64,000 nucleotides of DNA, from assembly GCF_031769215.1 (NCBI RefSeq), contig NW_026781974.1:558001-622000 (forward strand), written 5' to 3'. Under the pieces are notes generated by a model. The model was not told the origin of the DNA. It did not search any database and was given only the letters and a program-made list of their open reading frames with translations. Both the position numbers and the translations under genes were made by a program. Numbering within the stretch: position 1 is the stretch's first letter; each line of letters begins with the position of its first letter. This document shows, piece after piece, positions 1-12,489 of the stretch. The stretch comes from Ylistrum balloti. Lineage: Eukaryota.

Positions 1-238
1 CACAGTATTTCACACTGATAACAACTACACATGACTGAAACTCATGTTTCTGCACAGTATTTCACACTGATAACAACTACACATGACTGAAATTCATGTT
101 TCTGCACAGTATTTAACACTGATAACAACTACACATGACTGAAACTCATGTTTCTGCACAGTACTTAACACTGATAACAACTACACATGACTGAAACTCA
201 CGTTTCTGCACAGTATTTCACACTGGTAACAACTACAC
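1..238. repeat. 52-bp tandem repeat, about 4.5 copies (runs off window start)
   Basis: Unit CACAGTATTTCACACTGATAACAACTACACATGACTGAAACTCATGTTTCTG starts at 1, 53, 105, 157, 209. Confidence 0.95.
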
Positions 239-851
239 AATTGCTGATTTTAATAGCTGAAAAACTTGGACTGACTAAGACACTGAACCTTCAAAATATA
301 TTAAGAGTTTGCGACAATTATCTTGCTGCTGTAAAAGCCACTTTTCCTCTTCATCTTATGTTCTTTCATAAACATGCTTCTGATATTAACATTATGGGAT
401 AACTATATATATATATATACACACATCATCATTTGCTTGGTCCAAGTTACGATGACTTTCAATAAACTTTTTTACATCATCTTGGGTCAATTCCAGACAA
501 ATATTGAAAAAGGTTGATAGAACATCAGAATAATTCTGACTAATTTCTGCTCTGAGATAAATCTGGAACGAAGATAAAACTGCATACGTTCATGACTGAT
601 TTAAGGCTGCCTTGATGCTTTTCATGATTTTCGGATTTCATATCATTAAAGGAAATGGCGTAATGTGAAGAAGAAAACAATACAGGGTTTTTTGTTTTTG
701 TTTTTTTGTTTTTTCGTTACAGCACAAGGATGAGATGATAAAACTAAGTAACAGTGATAAATTAGATATGGAGTCAGTGACAAACACATAAATTGTCTAC
801 AAAGATTATTAGTTGATTGCTTCACTCAATGAGAAGAACAATTTGAAATGT

Positions 852-852
<1 letters not shown>

Positions 853-903
<51 letters not shown>
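853..903. repeat. (GAT)17 microsatellite
   Basis: Directly visible perfect trinucleotide run. Confidence 0.97.
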
Positions 904-904
<1 letters not shown>

Positions 905-2629
905 GACGATATGTCATGATCAATAGGATGAGATGGTGATGATTAAACATGATCATGAAGATTTGTTGACAATTCAATTATTTAAACAGTGTGAAATCCA
1001 ATGAGCAGCCATAATAAAATCATGAAAATGTATGTGCGTCAATTTCTGAAAAAAAGGTTTCACTGTTATCGATGCCGATGGAAAGATTGAAGTGGTATGG
1101 TTTATACATTTGTGTAAAAGTAAACACATAGCCCTCTCCCTTGAACACTCTGAAGATAAGACAGTAGTGTAATGAAGATTTCATGAGTTAAACATCAATC
1201 CGAATTATCCGTGCAATAACTTATTGAGTTGATATATACCTTTGAATGATGGAACATAGTGCATGGGAACGACTAGAGGAGGAGCACAGGCAGCAGCCAT
1301 GTTGTCGCTTTTCGCATTATAATCTGCGTCACCCAATTGCTTTTATTAAGCAAGTATCAAGTAAAGCGCCAGTATGAGTAAGGTAGGTTAATTGAGATAG
1401 CAAACTGTTGAGTTATACGGACCACAATTGCAATCGGACGTTTAGGAAAGTGTGAAAGTGCATCCATTATTGGTTCATACGATTAGACAAATTCATATTT
1501 TTGTATTCAAATCTTTATTTACAATTATTATAATAAGGCCTTAGACACCTGTTCATTATTAATAATTCTGTAAAGCGGATGGATCACACGATTTCTTCCG
1601 TAATGTCAGATTTTGAGAGAGTTCATGGCGATGGACAGAACAGCTAAATATAGTTATGAAGCTGATTCCAAAGCTACCACCAACAGTGACTTTGTCGACG
1701 TTGCTTACTTCTGACACTTTAACGTAGACATGCTCGTCCGCGAAAGGCCGTAATAGTGGACGTAAAACCCGTTAAATAAAATAACAAAAATATGATAAAT
1801 AAAATAAATACTCAACCGCACTTCCACACATATAAGAAGCTTTATTTCATTATGATAAACAAAGCTTCGATGTATTTAATTAATTGTCCCATATTCACTG
1901 TTCAACCCCCCATTTCAGCTTTGGATTTTTTTTATGGCAATGCCATGTAAACACGTAATTTGATGTTGAGAATATCGACTTTCTTACTAAGATTACATTT
2001 TAAATAGTCGATTGAATTAACCGACTACAGTTTAGAAATTTTGTTTTCATATGAATACCGGCGACTCGCCGGCTGTGGGCAGGTTAACGTTCTCTTCAAG
2101 ATTTACAATGGAATAAAATGACTAAACATACAGTGTGACAATTTCATTGAATTTATGAGAGGTAGGATCGTATATATACGTCCCTGTGAGAGGTAACTAC
2201 ACATACCAACATACTTAAGAAAATACTCGAATAAGGTCAGGAGGCGTGTCAAATAGTCTCGATCTTATCATCAGTAAAGATCGTACATTATGTAGAGTGC
2301 GATTGCACAACAAAGACAATTACAATGAGAAGAAAGAGGATCTTCAGTAAGTAAACTGGAATTTGAGACGATAATTACCTAAATATCGCCAAAGACATCA
2401 ATGGATAAATCTATACAAACGAACAGAAATTTTCCACAAACTCATTAAAACGTACACTAAGTGAAGAAATTACCGGAACAGTTGTAAAAAAACGGGACTT
2501 TGTCATGTCATTTATCCATCTGCATTATCTCTACGCAACATAACTTATAGAACGCATGGCTGATGGCACGCTGCCTTTCTCACAAAAGACCTCTTGTGCT
2601 TGTTAGCACACCTAGTCCGACTTCTTTTC

Positions 2630-2890
2630 AATAACCAAAAGGCGCAGGGTCATGGTATTAGATCAGTAGCATGCTGGGATGAAGGCTACCAAGTTTCTTC
2701 AAATGAATGACCTTGACCTATTTTCAAGTTTACGGGGGTCAAATGTGTTGAAAACTTTTAACGACAACTTTTCAGTAATCACGGGTCATATGATATTAGG
2801 TCGGTAGCATGCTGGGATGAAGGGTTATTATGTTTGTTGAAATAAATTACCTCTACCTTCATTCAAGGTCACAGGGGTCAAATATGCTAA
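2630..2890. mobile_element. Relic of bivalve-type non-autonomous Helentron/HINE-like repeat
   Basis: Two diverged copies of GGGTCAT..ATTAG.TC.GTAGCATGCTGGGATGAAGG and GACCTTGACCTATTTTCAAG / CAAGGTCACAGGGGTCAAA motifs; family assigned by recognition only. Confidence 0.45.
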
Positions 2891-5092
2891 ACAGAGTTCC
2901 GTTTAATTGAAAATTAAGCCTTCAAACAATAAAACACTTCGTTAGTATATTTATATCAGTTCAGTTCTGTCTGCCCCAATGCTGATGAACTAACTCTAAA
3001 AGTGTCCAAATACCTGAAGACCTCAAGTGATTTTTAAGACACACGAGCCTCTTGTAATTGGTTTATTTTCACATTTCCATATGGCTTTTACAAAAACTCT
3101 AAAACTTTCATTGCCTAACCTTAAAATAACTTGACAACAATGACAAACCACAAGGAAATGAAATCTACCAGGTAGATGGCCATAATACTACTGATGCTTT
3201 TGGTAAACTTTTTATCAGATATGTTAGAAATTATCCAAGACAGATCGGGAAGAGAACATGTTCTCCACAAACTGCATGATTATCCCTTCGAAGGATGGTA
3301 GGGCAGACGGGCCCAATGGGTCGACTGGGAACAAAAACCGTGTGGAATCCTGGTTATCTGTTAGTCTCTGCTTGGGTTTGCATCGGAAAACTAGGAGTAG
3401 AAGCCACGTTGTATCATGTTTGTCTGTTAGTTTTTATCGTTTTATCTCAAGGACCAAGGAGGAAGTCATTCTAAATCCTAGTCAGTAGTCTCCACTATAT
3501 CTCTACTATGGGAGAGCGTCATAAGTTACATCTGTTAGTTTCTAAACGTATCTCTCGGAGAACAAGAAACATGAGTGACGTCAAATCCAAGTCATAGTTG
3601 TTATATCTGGACATTTCCCATGTATTGTGTACCTGCGCTTCGTGTTTCATTCTTTATTTCCGTAAACTTCACACAATACACAAGTTCGTAAGTTCGTTTC
3701 GTTCGTTTTATTGCAACAGGTTCCGAAAATTTGTAGTTGTGTTTGCGCTATTTTTATTGACCGGTTAGACCAGTTGGAATAGATTTGTTCGTTCATGAAA
3801 TATGAGCTTACTTACTGATCTTATTTTGATTTCTGATGAATGAAGACCAAGATTATCGTGGCCGTCAGTCAGAATTTCTGGTCCGTCCTGATTTGTGCCT
3901 GAAATGTTACTTGTAACAAACCATCCAACCGGGCTGTCCGCATAAACGAATAAACCCAATGTAAACATTGTAACAGGGAAGTGATCCGCGCGGAGTAAAC
4001 AGTGTCCCATATAGCGTATGGGTAGCGTACAGATTTCTTATCTAGACACGTATGCAAGATTGTAAACGCGTATATAGGTAAGTGATTATATACACATATA
4101 TAGAAATAGCGAATGTAACTTTAGTAAGGTGGTTGTTATGTTTATATGTCATTTCAAAGGAAATTTCATAAACCTTAGAATAAAATTAAATAAAAATAAT
4201 CTGTCAGTCACGTGCCTGCAATAAACTTTCTCCTTAACTGAAACAGACGAAGGTACGGGGGTTTTAACCAATCGACAGGTTGGGAGTTCCACTGACCTAG
4301 ATGTTCAATGCAAATCACACCGAGTGCGTTCGGGTGGGTTTGATTATAGCGTTCGGTGTGGTCTACCATTTCAGGATAAATTCGCTTCACTGGAAATTCA
4401 TATTGTTACACACTACTCAGTACTGTCACATCGATAGTCAGATGGACCGTTTTAAGAAGAGAGCAAAGAAGCTAGTAGTATTTCTATAGTGTCTTTTAAC
4501 CATTTAAAGGTGATAGCATGAGGTTTGGATTAATGACAGCTCTCTGACAAGTACCTGTATTTGTCACGTGTTTCTTCGGTCCATCGCACAGTGCTAATGA
4601 GATACGTGTACACGATAGTATCAATCATATCTTTGACAGATGTTATTGACACACCAATCAAACAAAAAAAAAATTTTTTTTTTTAATCCTTGCCATTTAA
4701 CTTTTCTAATGCCATCGGTATGGGACCAGAGGTATACTGACCACATCCAGAAATTTGATAAACTACAGTATACACTATTTAAATTTACATAAAGCCACCT
4801 AAAGTGATGTAAAGCGACACATCAGAAAATATCTCAAAACACTGGATATAGTAGTAGATAACAAAACATAGGAACATAATACGCATCATGTTTGGAAAAG
4901 AGATCGAGATCAGGAGAATTTAATTGTCCTCTATCTTCGGCGGTTAACATATTTATGGTGTATTTACGTATATAAAGACTAATTAAGATAAACGACTTTA
5001 AAAGATTTGTTGTTCATTTCGTTATGATACATAAATATAAAATGTTTGTTTCTTCAGTGTAAATAGAATCTGTCTTAAAATATTTATTAAAC

Positions 5093-5170
5093 TAAGCTCA
5101 GTTGGTAGATTGTTAACCAGACTTCTGGTGAAAATCCAAGGTGTGTGGTTCGTGGGTGCGGTTTGCATTT
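5093..5170 (+). mobile_element. Possible degenerate tRNA-derived SINE head
   Basis: A-box-like AGCTCAGTTGGTAGA followed about 45 bp later by GGTTCG; no intact cloverleaf. Confidence 0.25.
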
Positions 5171-5599
5171 TTCATGAAACTCATGATAAACTGACCTTGT
5201 GTTGTGTCATCTAATACGATACTTAACACTGATTGGGGAAGTAACTGCTCGGGATAGCATGCAATGGACCTCCCGTATGTTGTTCAGCGAGGTAGTCACA
5301 AGCTTTTACCAGGAGACCCGCCTTAAAATGATTTTGGATGTTCAAGCAAAAAGCAATCAAACAAAAGATAAAACTAAATTACCATCCCATCGGGATAGAA
5401 AATTTAATCAATTATAGTTGAGGGCTGGCATTCCGTAACAACTCTCAGTATAGTTGAAGAATGACACAGAATGTAGAATTTCTATTTTTTTTATGTCTGT
5501 TTGTAAAGGATATATGGCCTGTCATACGATAGTTCACAAAAGGAAGTGAGTGTTGATAGCTTGAAACGTTTCTATCATTTTCAAATTTTATATCTAAAT

Positions 5600-5623
5600 T
5601 CTCCAATTCTTATATTTATACAG
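5600..5623 (+). promoter_or_regulatory. Splice acceptor just upstream of serpin ATG (5' UTR intron)
   Basis: Pyrimidine-rich TCTCCAATTCTTATATTTATACAG ending 4 nt before ATG 5628. Confidence 0.6.
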
Positions 5624-5627
5624 ATAT

Positions 5628-6869
5628 ATGAAAGACCCGCTGCTGATTCTAGTCTTGATCATGGCTTTTCTTCAGTCACGAAGCTCCGCGAAAATATTTA
5701 GAGATGATAAACTACATGCAGATTTTCAGACTTCAAACACCGATTTTGCATTGGAGATTTACAAACGCTTGACTAAGAAATCCACCGATGGGAATTTATT
5801 CTACTCCCCCTTCTCCATCTCTGCCGCCATGTCAATGGTCTATCTTGGTGCCAGGGAGCAGACGGCAGCACAGATGGTTCCCGCGCTTAGTATTCAATCT
5901 TTAGATCAGCGAGTACACGAAGCTTACGAGGACTATTTGAAAGTTGTGTTGGCTAGAAGTGAAAACGTCACACTGCAGATTGCCAATAGATTGTATCCCG
6001 ACATCAAGACAGAAATCGTTCCATCTTTCATTGATCTTTGTGCAAAGCACTACCTAGCCGACACTAAGGCCATGGATTACGGACAGTTTGAAGCCGCAAG
6101 GAGAGAAATTAACGACTGGGTAAGCAAACAGACAGCTGAGAAAATACAAGACCTTTTGCCACAAGGATCTTTAAATCCATTGACTGTTATGGTATTGGTG
6201 AACGCTATCTACTTCAAAGGAGACTGGGAGACAAAATTCGACGACAAAGTTACCAAGGATATGACCTTTCATAGCCTTAAAGGTCAAGAGAAGACTGTGA
6301 AAATGATGTTTCAAAAAGCTACCAAGTTTCCGCTTAAACACGATGATGAGTTAAAATGCGAGGTTTTGGAATTGCCATACAAAGGAAACAGTCTTTCAAT
6401 GGTTATTATTTTACCCGATGATAGAGATGGATTGTCTGCCCTTGAAGAGAAGTTAACTCCGTCTGCATTGAAAGGACTGATGACAGACATGCCACCTATA
6501 AAAGTAGAAGTGTTCCTACCGAAGTTTAAACTTAAATCTGGCTTTGAGCTTTCAGAAGTTTTTCAACAAATGGGAATGAAAGATCTGTTTGACAAAACCA
6601 AAGCTGACTTGTCTGGTATCGACGCCTCCAGGATGTCATACGTGTCCGCCATATTTCATCAAGCTTTCGTCGATGTCAACGAGGAAGGAACAGAAGCGGC
6701 TGCTGCCACTGCCGTCAGAATGATGAAAAGATCTCTTCCACGACCACCATTGCAGTTCAAAGCCGATCACTCATTTATGTTCGTTATCAAAGACAATCGG
6801 TCGGACACAATTTTGTTTGTAGGAAGGTTTGTCGATGTTGTTGAAACCCGCGTAAAGGACGAATTATAG
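5628..6869 (+). CDS. Serpin with signal peptide, dibasic reactive-centre loop and C-terminal KDEL (secretory-pathway serpin)
   Basis: 413-aa ORF with NLFYSPFSISAAMSM, LVNAIYFKGDW, hinge EEGTEAAAATA, RCL VRMMKR|SL, serpin signature FKADHSFMFVI..N, hydrophobic N-terminus and terminal KDEL. Confidence 0.97.
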   Translation: MKDPLLILVLIMAFLQSRSSAKIFRDDKLHADFQTSNTDFALEIYKRLTKKSTDGNLFYSPFSISAAMSMVYLGAREQTAAQMVPALSIQSLDQRVHEAYEDYLKVVLARSENVTLQIANRLYPDIKTEIVPSFIDLCAKHYLADTKAMDYGQFEAARREINDWVSKQTAEKIQDLLPQGSLNPLTVMVLVNAIYFKGDWETKFDDKVTKDMTFHSLKGQEKTVKMMFQKATKFPLKHDDELKCEVLELPYKGNSLSMVIILPDDRDGLSALEEKLTPSALKGLMTDMPPIKVEVFLPKFKLKSGFELSEVFQQMGMKDLFDKTKADLSGIDASRMSYVSAIFHQAFVDVNEEGTEAAAATAVRMMKRSLPRPPLQFKADHSFMFVIKDNRSDTILFVGRFVDVVETRVKDEL

Positions 6870-7392
6870 CATGGAACTAGTCCGTCAGTCTGTTTTGTTT
6901 ATACAGATTTTGTATTGCTTAAATAATTTCATTTCATCTCATAGCATTCAGTCTTTCCTTAGTAGCATATGTTATTCTTTTCATTATTTAAAGTTTTAAT
7001 CGTGTTCAAATTGATCTATTTGGTTCCCACTGACTTCACCTTTACATGTGGGATACATTATTTTAATATTGTTCAAATTAACTAATTTTCAGCTCAATTT
7101 TAAGACAGGGATTCCTCTATCTATGACTGTTCAAGATGTCTTTCTTTGTTTTATAGACGAAGCTTTATTATGAGTGGTTATAGAATGTGCTTTTATGTCC
7201 TTGTTTCGGTTATCTATTGGGAGCGAAAACAAATTGTGCGCGCAGGAAGTGTAAATAAGCGAATTATTTCGGTTGGCCAGTTCACATACGTGTCAGTGGG
7301 GTATGTGATTTTATGGATAAAATTTGACATGGCGCGTTTGTCACGCACGCGAATGGAAAGATATTGCTTAGATAGTGTCACAAAGAAAACAT

Positions 7393-7628
7393 GTTGAAAC
7401 AACTGTTAAGCTAGAAACACGTTGAAAATCTGTAGAAACGACTGCTTAGGTAGTGACACAGTTAAAGTCTGATGAAACGACTGCTAAGCTTATGACACGG
7501 TGAAAGTCTGTAGAAACGACTGCTAAGGTAGTGACACGGTGAAAGTCTGTTGAAACGACTGCTAAGCTTATGACACGGTGAAAGTCTGTAGAAACGACTG
7601 CTAAGGTAGTGACACGGTGAAAGTCTGG
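7393..7628 (+). repeat. 39-bp minisatellite, about 6 copies, downstream of serpin
   Basis: GAAAGTCTGTAGAAACGACTGCTAAGGTAGTGACACGGT-type unit at 7502, 7541, 7580, 7619. Confidence 0.9.
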
Positions 7629-8349
7629 AGTGTTAAGATATTGGAAAAACTGTAGAATCTACATGAATAATTGATTTCCTTCTTTCAGTAGAATGCTGAA
7701 TTCAACAAACATACGATTGATTAAAATATATGACAATATATGTTCACTTGTTTCTGAAATAAATTATTATAAATACCAGATTTTCCATGCGTTATCTAAA
7801 TTATAAATGGTAAGAGGGTGTGTGGCATCATACTTGGGGTTGGCTCTTGATAATTTTTTAAAGCATACAATATAAAGTGTTGAAAAAGCTACATTCGGAC
7901 CGTGTTCTTCTCGTTTCGAGCCTATGCTGGTCTTTTCATCAAAACCTTCGTCTCGTTCCAGTAGAACCTGTCTATTATCATGACCTTTGAACTCTTGGTA
8001 CCTTGAAAGTGGGTCAATATCATTTATGCGAACAAATATGAAAGCTTTATACAGGGCCTATCATTAACAAGAATGATATGCAACGAGGTTTGTTTTAGGT
8101 CCCATATCAAATACATGTATGTTACAATATTTCATTTACTTTTCAATAATCAAAAGGTCCATGGTCATAGTATTTAGGTAGAAGCATAACGTTGGAAATA
8201 CTTGTTCTATTGAATTTCACAGGGTTAATATTAAATAATGAAGGTTATTATATTTGGCCGGCAGCATGCTAGAATGAATCGTTACAAAAACAAGAAAATA
8301 TCTGCACGAGAACAAAAAACTAATATTCAGTAGAACTTAGAGCAAATAT

Positions 8350-8480
8350 ATACAAATCAAGTACAAGGAAAATAAGACCAGGTGTTCCAAAGCAGAAATC
8401 GTCTTCGCTTCATCGATGGACCACGCCATGTAAATCTTGGTTAATCCAAGTAAGCAATATCATGTTCCCAAAGTAGATCA
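8350..8480. repeat. Dispersed repeat fragment, related copies near 11190-11240 and 31880-32030
   Basis: Shared degenerate string AAGTACAA..GA.AATAAGA.CAGGT.TTCC...AAG...CGTCTT..CTTCATC...GAC...C....TGTAAATC.TGGT.AAT..AAGTAAG. Confidence 0.45.
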
Positions 8481-10804
8481 ATTTATACAAAACCAACTTG
8501 CAAACAACTGAGCATCAAATATGTCCAGGACCTCTCCATAATTTCCATTACCCTGTATCTTTCGAAACCCTGTGTTGTGCGAGTTTGTTTGTTAGCTGTC
8601 ACGAAAATCGTAATATTGGTAACAAGCCCATTAATATCAAATCAACTGCAACATTTAAAGACGAGAGTCTGGGGATGCAGGGATGTTGCTATTCAGAAAT
8701 GAATAATTAATAATAAGGATACAGCTGTGAAATCTGGTCATGATGGTTTCGTTGTAGTAAAAATTCAGAGTAGCTGTCGATGTAGAAGAGTCTATCGTGT
8801 CCTTGTTTTCCAGTTCCGGTTGGTATATGCTGCAGTCAAATGATTGACCTTTTTCCACTTTCGTGATCACCTAGCTAATGTGTCACAATCAATCCTTTTT
8901 TATTAAGTAATAGGTCGTGTCTTGTTGTTTTATTGGAACATTTATACATTGTACTGTAAAGTATTATGGTGTTTGTAGTATTGTAATGTTTGTTATGACA
9001 CGACAGATAGTCGGCATCAGAACAAATTCTGCAAATAATGTCTCTTTATAAACTGCAGAACATTATCTCAACACTGTCTCTAGCAATGAAAAGGAATTAT
9101 ATTAGCACGACATATGATATGAGGAGTGTTTAAGCGAAACAATGCACATTATAGTATATTTTAGTCTCCAACTCCATGGTCGACTCTAGAGTCGGAAAAT
9201 AAGACACGAAAATTCAAAGAGTTTTGAACCATTGTATACTCTTACTCATTCAAAAAGATCTAACAAGTAACATATTTATATGACATGGTTGCACATCATG
9301 AAATGAAAGAAAGAATGAAGATAACACAGAAAATAAATACTAAAATCACTGTAGAAAATATCCGTGGTACAGAAACTCGTCAATCATGCGATTATGTAAG
9401 TAAATGTGACTAATTAAAGTCTGGCATTACACAAACGGCATTATATCACATAGACTGCCTTATTGTGATTACAAATTATGAAAACGTTTGTGCGAAGAGT
9501 AAGGAATTTCATAATGGAATACAACTGAAAACACATTTATTAGTTCTATATTCTACCTTCGAGTATTTTAACTTCGTCTCACGTAGATAGACCATATACT
9601 TTTCATTTCAGTTTAAAATGTAAAATGCATTCTTTCTTTTTCCAATTTTCAAATAGAAACGTCGAACGATTCATTATCACCATGTACAACCACCATCCCG
9701 GGGTCGAAATGTGAGAACCAGAGGCTGCAAGTGAAAGTGCATGAAGTCGGACCACACCGATGTGTTGAGATTAGTTCACGCCCTTACCTGTGGCTGAATA
9801 CTGCATGATTATTTCAAACACTGTCGCTAGACGGAGTGAATTCTAACAGCTTTTAAATGAGTATTTCTCTTGTAGCAATGTCATGTGCAAACATGATGTT
9901 GGGCGTAACAACTTTTAAGAAAGAATTCATTTCAAATAGTCGTGTGGATCAATTGACTTTATTCATTATATCTGTTTCTGTTCAAAATTTCACGTGGACA
10001 TCGAGGCCTTGGCGACTGTGGGCAACACACTGCGTTTGAAGACGGACATATATTTCGATTACGTATACCGTTTATGCATGCTTGTCGATTACTGGAGGCA
10101 ATGATCAACGATATGTATATATAAAACATCCGGCAACTTGTGTACTACACAATGTAGTAGTACCAACACTAAAATTGAGCTTAATTTTGAAATGTATAAA
10201 GTAGTTTTGATCTTTACGAAAATTAGTGATTTAAGAAGAAAAACAAAATGTTAACTTTCTGTAATGTTAAGCAATAGCAAATATAAAGGCAAAATACATT
10301 TCACATACCACCTTAGGCAATGCGCAATAGAAACAGTTGCGGTCAGTGATACGGTTTACGTAAAAATGTAACAAGCGGCACACACTGCTACCGGAACAGC
10401 ACACGATTGAAGGATCATGTTTCAATTTATGTCCCGAAAACTGTGTCTAACCTTAGTGTAAATGTACCAAACCACAGTGTAAGTGTGCCAACCACAGTGT
10501 AAGTGCCAACAAACAAGTATGCATCCGTTACGATTAATGACATGTTATGCTTATTTCTCAAATGCTGATAAGACATTTCGCCCCAATAGTTGTAATATGT
10601 AGGAGGACATTTCGTCCCTATTACCGTATTGTGACCAAATTGAACGTTTCATGTATGTTTTACATTGACACTACTTTATATTTGATTATATTTTTATAGG
10701 CTACCTCAGCAACTGATTTGAGGGCATTTTATTGGATTTGCCGGTAAGATGGTTGTCGTTGTTTAAGTGTATATCTGTAGTTTTACCGTACCTAGATCCA
10801 AGCC

Positions 10805-11080
10805 CATTGTTCTTCAGATTCTTAACCGTGGTCCTACCTTATCAGCTGTTTCTACCGTGTCACTAGCTAAGAAGTCGCTTGTACAGATGTTCACCTTGTC
10901 ACTATAGCTCAGCAGTCAATTCTTCAGATTTTCACCATTTCTCTTCCTTAGAAGTCGTTTATACAGATTTTCTCCTTGGCACTAGCTAAGAAGTCGTTTG
11001 TACAGATTTTCGCCGTGTCACAAACTCAGCAATCAATTTTTCAGTGGTTCTAGCTTAGCAATCGTTTCTACGAATTTCAC
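10805..11080 (-). repeat. Diverged inverted copy of the 39-bp minisatellite
   Basis: Reverse complement has GTGAAAATCTGTACAAACGACTTCTTAGCTAGTGACACGG-type units, about 530 bp after the pseudogene's ancestral stop, as in copy 1. Confidence 0.8.
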
Positions 11081-11602
11081 AAAAAATGCCAAGAAAATAC
11101 CATCATTGCAACGTAATCATAATTCAAACTGAAATTCCTTAAAACTATGGCAAATTATAAACAAAAGAAATATCTATACGGAGTCTCCTGAAAAAGTACA
11201 ACGAGAATAAGATCAGGTCTTCCGGTAAGAGTAAGTGTCTTTTTTATTGACATTCGATAACCAATTATAATAAGGCTAGATATATCAAACAAGGAAGGAC
11301 AAAAAGAACCATCATAAAAAGGCGAATCCCTTTCTACAGAATTCGAATTGATAAAGAGTTGATTTGAACACTATTAGATATAATATATGCCACACGAACG
11401 TGATGTCACTGGGAACTAACCAAATCAATTGATGCACGATAAAATAATTGGCATTTTTCTGAAAAAGGAACAACATATGGTACGCTGTGAGGAAAGATTA
11501 ACTGCTAGGAGTTGAAATGAAATCTTATAAGCAATATCAATTCTATATAAACAAAACAAAGTGTTTACGAGATGCCTTCCGGTAAGGTAGACTAGTTCCT
11601 TC

Positions 11603-12384
11603 TTATAATTCGTTCTTTTAGCGGGTCTCATCAACATCGACAAACCTTCCCACAAACAAAATTGTGTCCGACCGATTATCTTCGATAACGAACATAAATG
11701 AGTGATCGGCTTTGAACTGCAATGGTGGTCGTGGAAGAGATCTTTTCATCATTACGACGGCAGTGGCAGTGGCAGCAGCCGCTTCTGTTCCTTCCTCGTT
11801 GACATCGACGAAAGCTTGATGAAATATGGCGGACACGTATGACATCCTGGAAGCGTCGATACCAGACAAGTCAGCTTTAGTTTTGTCAAACAGATCTTTC
11901 ATTCCCATTTGTTGAAAAACTTCTGAAAGCTCAAAGCCAGATTTAAGTTTAAACTTCGGTAGAAACACTTCTACTTTTATAGGTGGCATGTCTGTCATCA
12001 GTCCTTTCAATGCAGACGGAGTTAACTTCTCTTCAAGGGCAGACAATCCATCTCTATCATCGGGTAAAATAATAACCATTGAAAGACTGTTTCCTTTGTA
12101 TGGCAATTCCAAAACCTTTTTAAGTCATCATCATGTTTAAGCGGAAACTTGGTAGCTTTTTGAAACATCATTTTCACAGTCTTCTCTTGACCTTTAAGGC
12201 TATGAAAGGTCATATCCTTGGTAACTTTAAATTTTGTCTTCCAGTCTCCTTTGAAGTAGATAGCGTTCACCAATACCATAGCAGTCAATGGATTTAAAGA
12301 TCCTTGTGGCAAAAGGTCTTGTATTTTCTCAGCTGTCTGTGTGCTTACCCAGTCGTTAATTTCTCTCCTTGCGGCTTCAAACTG
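11603..12384 (-). pseudogene. 5'-truncated, frameshifted inverted copy of the serpin
   Basis: About 97-98% nucleotide identity to 6084-6860 by eye; 6-nt deletion (loses DD), 4-nt frameshifting deletion near 12120, 6-nt duplication in RCL, premature TAA before the K-x-E-L tail; first about 150 codons missing. Confidence 0.93.
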
Positions 12385-12489
12385 AAGACCCATTACCATC
12401 GCCTTTGTCCGGCGTCGTGCGTTGTCTGTCGTAGTCAATTTTAGATATTAGAAACGTCTGGGACATCCCTGTATTAGTTTCCAAGTATG

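Noticed and set aside
187-402. 71-aa ORF
   Set aside because: Starts inside the 52-bp tandem repeat; no recognisable domain.
5093-5170. Functional tRNA gene
   Set aside because: A-box-like start only; no acceptor stem or proper T-loop. Kept as a low-confidence SINE relic.
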